A stretch of 64,000 nucleotides of DNA from Thermoproteota archaeon (GTDB taxonomy: Archaea > Korarchaeota > Korarchaeia > Korarchaeales > Korarchaeaceae): NCBI GenBank assembly GCA_027491915.1, contig JAOZGC010000002.1, forward strand, positions 224,001 to 288,000, given 5' to 3'. The notes under the pieces are model-generated. The model did no database searches, was not told where the DNA came from, and saw only the letters and a list, made by a program, of their open reading frames with translations. Below are positions 1 to 7,003 of this stretch, one piece after another. Within the stretch, counting starts at the first letter, position 1; every line of letters starts with the position of its first letter. The position numbers were made by a program, and so were the translations under genes.

Positions 1-1168
1 CGGCGAACTTCTCGGGGAAGAACCTGTCGAAGGACCACGCGAAGGGCAGCCTGGTGCTCACCAGGTAGAAGGCGGGGACGTCGTTGAGGAGCCAGAGGGC
101 CGCCATCAGCGCCACTATCAGCTGGAGCGCGGGCTGCCCGGGCAGGAGTCCCGCCGCGAACAGGGGGAGCATGGGCCTGCCTGAGTAGGGCATTATGGAT
201 GCCAGGACCTGCTGAGTCTCTTTGGAGTGCATGAACAGGTACGTGTAGGCGCTGACGAACTCGCCGAACGCACCGTATAGCAAGAAGGCCGCGCCCACCA
301 TGTATACGGCTATCACCACCACCGCCAGGACCCCACCCCAGACGGCGCTCCTCTTGACGTCTTTCACCTCCCCGCCTATGTAGGTCACCATGGCCCAGCT
401 CCCGACGAACGCGAACATGGGGGACAGGAGAGCGCCGGCAGTCGCGTCCCAGCTGAACGTCGTGTAGGTCGCGGGATCCCAACCGGCCTCTTGGGCTGCC
501 TGGAGTATCTGCTGCCATGTTCCCGCGCCGAATGTGGCATCCCACAGGGCCTGCGCCCCTCCCTGACCGGCCAGCATGGCACCGAAGAAGACCAGGCTGC
601 CGACCACGGGTATGGCGAAGAGGACCCATATGAGCCTGCTGTACGCCCTGAGCCCGAATATTGAGACGAGCCCCATGCCCACCGTGAAAACGGTCCCCAG
701 AATCAGCATCGCGTCAGCGTTGGTGGCCAGCTGATTCCCCAGATCGAGCATCGCCCTATCGCCCAGGGCGGCTCCGCCGATCTGAAGCGAGAGCCCCCAG
801 TACCAAACGTCCCAGAAGGCTATGGTTCCGACCGCTATGGCGGTGGCTATCCAGTATCCCCAGGATAGGACGAACCCCAGCAGGGGGTTTATCCCCCTGG
901 TCATGTAGACGTAGTCCCCGCCCGTCCTGGGCATGCTCATTAGCAGATACGTGTACGCCACGGCGGTGATGACGCTCGCTATCCCCACTATGAGGAAGGC
1001 CAGGGGGACGTTGGCCCCGGGGTAGTCGTAGGAAACCTTGACCAGGAGCCAGTTGACCCCTCCCCCTATGGTCCACGACAGGGCCGTGGCCAGGGCTGTC
1101 CAGGGGCCGACGGTCCTGACGAGCCCGGAGGCTCTCCTGACGAACAGGGTCGGAGTCTCCCCACTCAC
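1..1168 (-). CDS. APC-family amino acid permease (3' end runs off the window)
   Basis: Not in ORF track; manual translation from GTG at 1168 (GAGGTG SD upstream): MSGETPTLFVRRASGLVRTVGPW...MPRTGGDYVYMTRG...YIGGEVKD...RLPFAWSFDRFFPEKF, typical archaeal APC motifs, many TM segments. Confidence 0.9.
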   Translation of the reverse strand, partial: MSGETPTLFVRRASGLVRTVGPWTALATALSWTIGGGVNWLLVKVSYDYPGANVPLAFLIVGIASVITAVAYTYLLMSMPRTGGDYVYMTRGINPLLGFVLSWGYWIATAIAVGTIAFWDVWYWGLSLQIGGAALGDRAMLDLGNQLATNADAMLILGTVFTVGMGLVSIFGLRAYSRLIWVLFAIPVVGSLVFFGAMLAGQGGAQALWDATFGAGTWQQILQAAQEAGWDPATYTTFSWDATAGALLSPMFAFVGSWAMVTYIGGEVKDVKRSAVWGGVLAVVVIAVYMVGAAFLLYGAFGEFVSAYTYLFMHSKETQQVLASIMPYSGRPMLPLFAAGLLPGQPALQLIVALMAALWLLNDVPAFYLVSTRLPFAWSFDRFFPEKFA

Positions 1169-1348
1169 CCGGAACACCTCCACACGGTTAGGGAGAAAGG
1201 AAATGAGGGCGCCACCAGAGGACTAGGAAGGTGAGGAGCGGAAACCCACCCCTCATGGAAGGCATCGACCCCAAGAAAGGGCGCCCTGGGGAGATCCCCG
1301 TCCAAAAGTCGCTACCAGGTCGACAGATCTCCCCTCCATCTTGGGGTC
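1169..1348 (-). ncRNA. Candidate structured 5' leader / cis-regulatory RNA of the APC permease
   Basis: Nested stems 1267-1276/1339-1348 (10 bp) and 1288-1296/1326-1334 (9 bp); second hairpin 1232-1255 whose G-U pairs work only on the minus strand; begins about 21 nt below the TATA box at 1369-1375. Confidence 0.45.
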
Positions 1349-1450
1349 AGGCCCTGGGGCTGACCAACTATATAATGCTTCCGGCCCGGGCCCGCCCAAT
1401 TCCGACAACTTTTTTCCGGTCGAGGCGGAACTCAGCGGAGGTGGACCTGT

Positions 1451-1879
1451 ATGGCTAAGCTGGGCGCGAGGGCCGTGCTGGTTGAGGGGTTCAGGTCCGT
1501 GGTCGATAACCTCAGGGGACACAGCGTCGTACTTGACCTCCCGGACTCGAGCGGCGGCGGGGACACCGGAGCCACCGCCCTGGAGCTGGCTGTCATGGCC
1601 CTGGCCGGCTGCCTGAGCACCGTATTCTCCGTGGCCTGCAGGAACAGGGGCATCCCGATCGAGAGATTCGAAGTCAGAATCTCAGCGGAAAAGCCAGATA
1701 AGGAACAGACCGTCACCTCCTGTCGCGTGTTGGCGGTGGTGTCCAGTCCGGCTTCGAGAGACAGAATAGAGAGGGCGTGGGAGGGGACCCTGAGATCTTG
1801 TCCCGTTGGGGAGCTCTTCTCCAGGGCCGGAGTCGGGCTCGATTTCCACCTGGAGATTGAGGGAGACGGGAACCAGTGA
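1451..1879 (+). CDS. osmC: OsmC/Ohr family protein
   Basis: GGGDTGATALEL...ALAGC...CPV two-Cys signature. Confidence 0.88.
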   Translation: MAKLGARAVLVEGFRSVVDNLRGHSVVLDLPDSSGGGDTGATALELAVMALAGCLSTVFSVACRNRGIPIERFEVRISAEKPDKEQTVTSCRVLAVVSSPASRDRIERAWEGTLRSCPVGELFSRAGVGLDFHLEIEGDGNQ

Positions 1880-1884
1880 AGGCC

Positions 1885-1963
1885 CGGTCGGACCGCCGAC
1901 CGACGCCGGGCGGCCCCCTCCCCCTCCCCCCGGAGGCGTCTTCAAAACGTCGCGGTCCGACCG
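1885..1963. repeat. Inverted repeat / long hairpin downstream of osmC
   Basis: CGGTCGGACCGC (1885-1896) pairs with GCGGTCCGACCG (1952-1963); nested GACGCC/GGCGTC. Confidence 0.55.
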
Positions 1964-2075
1964 TCGGGGTGGCGAGGTTGTGAAGGGACTCCCATCTCGA
2001 CCGGCGAGAGATCGCGGCGCCCCGGTTCGAGGGTATATATTTTTCAGTAACGCTCTCCGGATTGGGCAGGTGGAG

Positions 2076-2852
2076 ATGGCGGTCAACCTGCCCGGCGAGT
2101 CCGAGCTTAGGAACCTCCTCCTAAAGCTGGACGAGGATTACCTCCTAGGGAGAATAACCAAGAAGGAGTACGACACCAAGAAGGGAAAGATAGAGGCTGC
2201 CCTGAAGCTCCTCAGACTGGAGGCAGATTTTAGGGAGGGTAAGATCTCCGAGGAGGACTACAATAGTAGGCAGGCCGCCCTGATGGGGCAGATAGGGGAC
2301 CTGTCTGAGATAATCCCCAAGCCGGCTGCCCCTGCGGAAGGGAGGGTCCCCGGTGGACTCCCCTCTCCAGAGGGCGAGATCGAGGCCGCCGAGGCCGCAC
2401 CCACCCCTCTCCCAGCCCCGCCGCGGGAGGCCCCTAGACCCCCCGCCCCTGAGAGGGCGGAGGAGATACCATCAACCCTCGAGGGGCTGGTGAAAGAGCT
2501 GGAGAATCTAGACGCGAAGCGAAAGAAGCTCTCGGACTTGTTCAGATCCGGGGAGATAAGCGACGAGACCTTCGTCAATATGTTCTTGGAGTACAAGAGC
2601 CGCAGGGAGGAGCTGGTCGGCAGGCTGAAGTCCGTCGAGGGGGAGGTGGAGGAGAGGTTGTCGGATCTCCTCTCGGAGCTGGAGGAGATAGAGGGTAGGC
2701 TCGAGCTCCTCAAGGCCAGGGCGGCGCTTGGGGAGATCGACCGCCCTTCGTACGAGAGGGAGAGGGGGCGCATGGAGGACAGGAGGAGGGAGGTAGAGGA
2801 GGAGCTCTCCCTGCTCAGGAAGGCCTTGGACAGGATATCCGGTCGGGGATGA
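2076..2852 (+). CDS. Coiled-coil protein with SHOCT-like repeats and C-terminal CdvA-like coiled coil
   Basis: Start ATG 2076 after TATA at about 2034-2044; four G-x-I-[TSD]-x-x-x-[YF] motifs; Pro/Ala linker; C-terminal KRKKLSDLFRSGEISDETF...GEIDRPSYER pattern resembles CdvA coiled coil. Confidence 0.6.
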   Translation: MAVNLPGESELRNLLLKLDEDYLLGRITKKEYDTKKGKIEAALKLLRLEADFREGKISEEDYNSRQAALMGQIGDLSEIIPKPAAPAEGRVPGGLPSPEGEIEAAEAAPTPLPAPPREAPRPPAPERAEEIPSTLEGLVKELENLDAKRKKLSDLFRSGEISDETFVNMFLEYKSRREELVGRLKSVEGEVEERLSDLLSELEEIEGRLELLKARAALGEIDRPSYERERGRMEDRRREVEEELSLLRKALDRISGRG

Positions 2853-2866
2853 GCGAATAGGTATCC

Positions 2867-3538
2867 TCAGATCCAAAGAGACAGGATGGCCTTGAGGCCG
2901 GTCAGAAGAATGGCGATCAGCAGGGACCTCCTTCTCTCCCCGCCGGAGGAGGTGAGGGCCGCGTATATCAGGTACCCCTCCCACAGGAGGAAGGTGGAGG
3001 TCATCAGCCTTAGCGCCGCGGGATCAGAGTAGGACCTCCTCACCGAGGCGCCGAATGGCCCGCCGGACAGGTCCACCGTGATCACTACCTTGTCCGGGAG
3101 GGCCAGCCCGTAGTACACCAGCCTCAGCGCCTGCGCTATCGAGTCCGGGAGCGTCGCCGCCCCGGCCACGGCCACCGATCCGGAGAGCGGGAGGCGTCCG
3201 CCGGCGGCCGCCGCCCCCAGCCAGAGCAGGATCCCGCCCACCGCCACGGCCGCGGCCGCGCCCAGCAGGGATTCGGACACCACGAACAGCGGATTTCCCT
3301 GAATCCGTTGGAAAGAAGAGATGGCCTGGGACACCGACGGTTCGGCGCCCACGATCCTGACGACCGTCCTGCTGGCCGGGAGATAGCCAGCCAGACCGGA
3401 GGCCATCCCCAAGATTATCATCGAGTAGAGGGCCAGCGAGGGCCTCGGGTTCTCCCCGAGCGCGGAGAAGGTGTCGGTCGGGTCTCCGAACGGGGAGAAT
3501 AGGAACTCCCTCAGTCCGACCTTCTCTCCCCTGCCCAC
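2867..3538 (-). CDS. Yip1-domain membrane protein
   Basis: LFSP..PTDTF N-terminus, about 5 TM helices with Yip1-like spacing. Confidence 0.65.
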   Translation of the reverse strand: MGRGEKVGLREFLFSPFGDPTDTFSALGENPRPSLALYSMIILGMASGLAGYLPASRTVVRIVGAEPSVSQAISSFQRIQGNPLFVVSESLLGAAAAVAVGGILLWLGAAAAGGRLPLSGSVAVAGAATLPDSIAQALRLVYYGLALPDKVVITVDLSGGPFGASVRRSYSDPAALRLMTSTFLLWEGYLIYAALTSSGGERRRSLLIAILLTGLKAILSLWI

Positions 3539-4216
3539 CTAAAGGTTCCCCCCCTCGAGGTTCATCTTGAGGACAACCCTCCTCGGATTATTTGGGACCC
3601 CTTTGAGCGTGCTGAGGTAGGCCAGCGCAAGTGTCCTGAGCTGGGCCTCCATGAAGGGGACGAGCTGCACCCTCCTCTCGTCGACCTCCAGGTCGATCAA
3701 CCTCTGCTCGACGACGCACCTAACTTCCCTCCCCCTGACCGCCTCTCTCAGGAACTCGGCGCACGTCCTGTAACCGCACTCGCCGCAGTTGAGCATGGCC
3801 GGGTACTCCGGGACCCTCTCCATTATGAACCTCCCCACCTCGCCGGGTTCCACTACCGGCGCGGCCCCCCAGCCCGGGGGGGCGGGCCCGACCACTCCGA
3901 CGAGGTATGGGACCTCCCCCAACGAGGAGGGATCCGAGTCCGCCACTATGGTCGGCGCGAAGGCTGGCCCGTCTATCAGGACGACGCGGCACCCCTCCGT
4001 AGACAGTATTAGGTCCGGGAGGCCGCCTTTGAAGGGCCTCACCTCGCACACCTCTCCGTCGCCGAACCACACCTCCCTCCTGACTCCCGACCTCGACTTG
4101 GGAGGAGGCCTCAGCCTGAAGAGGCAAATTTCAACGTCTCTCAGCTCCTCCAGGACGGAGGATATGACCTCCTCACTCCTATCTCCCAGGAGGGCGACCA
4201 CCTTGGGCCTGGGCAT
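3539..4216 (-). CDS. MobB-like protein with C-terminal Fe-S binding domain (P-loop degenerate)
   Basis: LNCGECGYRTC...C motif and VDERRVQLVPFM...TLKG tail as in archaeal MobB; no GxxxxGKT. Confidence 0.65.
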   Translation of the reverse strand: MPRPKVVALLGDRSEEVISSVLEELRDVEICLFRLRPPPKSRSGVRREVWFGDGEVCEVRPFKGGLPDLILSTEGCRVVLIDGPAFAPTIVADSDPSSLGEVPYLVGVVGPAPPGWGAAPVVEPGEVGRFIMERVPEYPAMLNCGECGYRTCAEFLREAVRGREVRCVVEQRLIDLEVDERRVQLVPFMEAQLRTLALAYLSTLKGVPNNPRRVVLKMNLEGGNL

Positions 4217-4263
4217 CTGGGGGGCGGCCGACCATCATTTAAAAAGCGGCGGGGGGCCGGCGC

Positions 4264-4341
4264 CCGGCGGCGCGGTGAGGAGGCGAACATCACCCTACCC
4301 GCGAGGGGATGCGGATCCCAGCTCACCCCGAGCGCCGCCGG
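4264..4341 (+). ncRNA. Probable box C/D guide sRNA targeting the 23S rRNA peptidyl-transferase region
   Basis: 10-bp terminal stem, C-like box GTGAGGA (4275-4281), D'-like GCGA (4301-4304), C'-like GGGATGC, D-like CCGA (4328-4331); guides antisense to recalled conserved 23S motifs UGUUCGCC and GUGAGCUGGG; TTTAAA box at 4238-4243. Confidence 0.7.
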
Positions 4342-4348
4342 ATCCTGA

Positions 4349-5302
4349 TCACCCGCCGGGCCGGCGCCCGCACTCATCCTCCTCCACGACCCACCGGGCG
4401 GAACTCTCTATCGAGAAGGAGAACTCCCACGTGCACCTGAAACCCCGGTGCCTCGATCCGTCAGGTTTGAAGAACGAGCCGGAGGGATCCATCGGGATGA
4501 GGGTTGCGTGGATCCTCCACGTCCGCGTCACCGAACCGCCGCACTCCCACCTCGTGATCTCCGTGCTTCTCGCCGCGACCTCCAACTCCCACCCGACCTC
4601 CAGCCCCTCGGACTCCGCCTCACCGGCCAGCCTCCTCGCTTCGGACCTAGCAGCCCTCACGGCGCTCGACATGGCCCTCTCAGTTAACCTGAGGGCCCCC
4701 TCCAGGCTGGAGGCCGTGAAGCGCGAGCGATTGACCTCTCCGGCGGCCCCGCGAATGAGCCTCTCTCCCCGTAGCGCCAGGTCCCAGAGCTCGTATATCC
4801 TGATGCCGTAGACCGCGGTCCCCGACTCGTCCAACTCGGCCGACGCCATCCCCCCGGAGTGCTCGAACCTGGCGGAGACGGCCCAGTCTATCTTGACGGC
4901 CCCCCTCCCCGGCCGACCCTCTTCTCCCATGAGGAGCCGGATCTTGGAGGGAGAGACCCCTCCCCGGCCGACCTCGTACGCGGATAACCTCGCCTCCGCC
5001 CGGTTCACCCTCAATAGAATGCCCTTGACCCCGGCGAATCTCGTCATTTCCTTCTCCCACCTTCCAAGGGGAATCGAGCTCGGGGGCAGCCTGCAGGTCT
5101 TCCCGTTCTCCATCAACATCCACCTGTCCAGCCAGCTCCTGACGTAGAATATGAGTCTGGGCACCGTGGTGTTCCTCTCCAGGTACACCTCGGCGGCCTG
5201 CATCGCCGTCGGGGATACCAGCTCGGTAAAGCTTCCCGGGGCCGGGAAGAGGGCCGCGGAGGATAGTATCAGTATGCTGGCCGCGGCAGCAGCCTCCTTC
5301 AA
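4349..5302 (-). CDS. Secreted/pilin-associated hypothetical protein (last gene of orphan cassette)
   Basis: TTG 5302 overlaps upstream stop (TTGA); N-terminal hydrophobic segment MKEAAAAASILILSSAALF. Confidence 0.5.
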   Translation of the reverse strand: MKEAAAAASILILSSAALFPAPGSFTELVSPTAMQAAEVYLERNTTVPRLIFYVRSWLDRWMLMENGKTCRLPPSSIPLGRWEKEMTRFAGVKGILLRVNRAEARLSAYEVGRGGVSPSKIRLLMGEEGRPGRGAVKIDWAVSARFEHSGGMASAELDESGTAVYGIRIYELWDLALRGERLIRGAAGEVNRSRFTASSLEGALRLTERAMSSAVRAARSEARRLAGEAESEGLEVGWELEVAARSTEITRWECGGSVTRTWRIHATLIPMDPSGSFFKPDGSRHRGFRCTWEFSFSIESSARWVVEEDECGRRPGG

Positions 5303-5568
5303 CCCCGCGCCCTCCCCAGGTAGACCTCGCCCCAAGCCGTCGGAATGGCGAGATCCGCCTCGTCCGGCGACCTCGAGAGTCTCATCCCGGGAGGTATCCC
5401 CTGACCAAACACGACTCTGTACCCCCCTCTCCAGATGGCCCTGGAGATCTCGCCCCGAGAGGCCGCCGCCAGGAGGGCCCTCTCCGGGGCGGAGGATCTG
5501 GATCTCACCGCGCCGGCCGCCACCGCCGCGGCGGCCGCCGCCAGCGCGAGCGCCACCACCGCCCTCAA
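5299..5568 (-). CDS. Small pilin-like protein
   Basis: MRA|VVALALAAAAAAV: minimal class III-like leader plus hydrophobic helix; translationally coupled. Confidence 0.45.
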   Translation of the reverse strand: MRAVVALALAAAAAAVAAGAVRSRSSAPERALLAAASRGEISRAIWRGGYRVVFGQGIPPGMRLSRSPDEADLAIPTAWGEVYLGRARG

Positions 5569-5693
5569 GGTCCACCCCCCACGAGGGACTCGCTCAGTCC
5601 CGACAGGCTCACCTCGGAGTGGGACGATAGGGCGACCAGCAGCAGGAGCCAGGCCGCCACGAGGAGAAGGGCCTCGATCTCCTCCAAGGTCAT
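5565..5693 (-). CDS. Very short (42 aa) Flp/pilin-like peptide
   Basis: ATG 5693 overlaps upstream stop (ATGA); MTLEEIEALLLVAAWLLLLVAL. Confidence 0.45.
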   Translation of the reverse strand: MTLEEIEALLLVAAWLLLLVALSSHSEVSLSGLSESLVGGGP

Positions 5694-6019
5694 CCCCCCA
5701 AGATCACCTCTTCTCCGGGTCCGTACCACCCCTCCGGGATCCGGGCCCGACACCAGGTCTGGACCTCGCAGAGGGGACGGCAGTCGATCACCAACGTGTT
5801 CCCGAAGGATCCAAGTCTGCACGGTCCCCTCGGCAGCCTAAACCTCAGAGAGATGGATCCCCTGTCGGCCACCTCGGCCAGCTCGCAGACGTCCACCCCC
5901 ATCTCCGACGCGTATCCGACGCACCTGCGCCCGACTATCACGGCCGCGGCGGCGGCCGAGGAGAAAACCATCCCCGCCATGGCCGCCGCCATCAGGTAGG
6001 CCCTCAACCCCCGAGCCAC
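5690..6019 (-). CDS. Pilin-like protein
   Basis: MARG|LRAYLMAAAMAGMVF class III-like leader; several Cys in globular part. Confidence 0.5.
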   Translation of the reverse strand: MARGLRAYLMAAAMAGMVFSSAAAAAVIVGRRCVGYASEMGVDVCELAEVADRGSISLRFRLPRGPCRLGSFGNTLVIDCRPLCEVQTWCRARIPEGWYGPGEEVILGG

Positions 6020-6384
6020 AGCCTGACCGACCCCCCTTCCCCCCTCTCGGCCCTGATCTCCACCGACCCGGAGAGTATCCCGGACTCCACCGTGATCGGG
6101 ACCCCCACGTTCAGCACCCTCGAGAATCCGCCCGAACTCAGTACGATGGATCTCCCCCCTCCCGAGACCTCAACCTCGCAGCTGAGGAAGGCCTCCGCCC
6201 TCCCGAAACCGGACGCCTCCGCCTCCGCGGCCGCCGACCTCAGGGCCGACTCGAGCGCCATGACGCACTCCCTCCTGGACTCCGCCTCGATGAGGTTCAA
6301 CTCTCCCAGGATCCTCGGGGCCGCGGCCAGCAGCACCCCAACCGACAGGAGCCCCAGGGCCGCGTACTCGACTACCTCCTCCAC
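6004..6384 (-). CDS. Pilin-like protein (first gene of orphan cassette)
   Basis: GTG 6384: MEEVVEYAALGLLSVGVLLAA, then ALESALRSAAAEAEASGFG resembling 16205-16696. Confidence 0.55.
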   Translation of the reverse strand: MEEVVEYAALGLLSVGVLLAAAPRILGELNLIEAESRRECVMALESALRSAAAEAEASGFGRAEAFLSCEVEVSGGGRSIVLSSGGFSRVLNVGVPITVESGILSGSVEIRAERGEGGSVRLWLGG

Positions 6385-6460
6385 ACCCCCACGCCGCGAG
6401 AGGGGAGCAATCGGCCGCGGCGGCGGAAAAAGTAATACGCCCGCCGCCCCCAGCCGGCGC

Positions 6461-7003
6461 GTGCCCTCCACGGTTGAGGATCACCGAGAGAGATCGAAGA
6501 CCACCCTCAGGTTTGCCGTGGTGACCGTGAGCTCCTCCAGGGCCGCGGGTCGACCCGAGCCGGATGTGTCTGGGAGCCTCGCGGAGAGGTTGATCCGGGA
6601 GGCCGGCCACGAGGTGTCCGTGAGGGCCGTGGTGCCCGACTCCGTGGTGGCGATCAGGAGGACCGTCTCCCTCTGCGCCTCCGAGTCGGACGTGGTCCTC
6701 CTACTGGGGGGGACCGGGATTCACCCCCAGGACGTCACCCCGGAGGCCTGCAGATCCCTGTTCTCTGTGGAGATGCCGGGATTCGGCGAGATCTTCAGGA
6801 CGATCAGCTTCGAGGAGGTGGGATCCGCGGCCTTCCTGAGCAGGGCGTGCGCCGGGAGGATCGGGGGGTCGGTGGTGTTCTGCCTTCCGGGATCCCCGGG
6901 GGCGGTGGAGGTGGCCCTCAGGAGGCTGATAATCCCCGAGGCGGCCCACGCCGTGTGGACCGCCCGGGGCTACTCCAAGGTGAGGTCCAGGCCCGGGGGG
7001 TAG
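6461..7003 (+). CDS. moaB: Molybdopterin adenylyltransferase MoaB/MogA
   Basis: FAVVTVSS, GGTGIHPQDVTPE, MPGFGEIFR, LSRA, CLPGSP; AT-rich promoter at 6427-6438. Confidence 0.92.
   Translation: MPSTVEDHRERSKTTLRFAVVTVSSSRAAGRPEPDVSGSLAERLIREAGHEVSVRAVVPDSVVAIRRTVSLCASESDVVLLLGGTGIHPQDVTPEACRSLFSVEMPGFGEIFRTISFEEVGSAAFLSRACAGRIGGSVVFCLPGSPGAVEVALRRLIIPEAAHAVWTARGYSKVRSRPGG

Noticed and set aside
2015-2035. tRNA T-loop-like GGTTCGA
   Set aside because: No T-stem, acceptor stem or cloverleaf
5435-6460. Apparent long N-terminal extension of MoaB
   Set aside because: Antisense to the pilin-like cassette; promoter and homology begin near 6461
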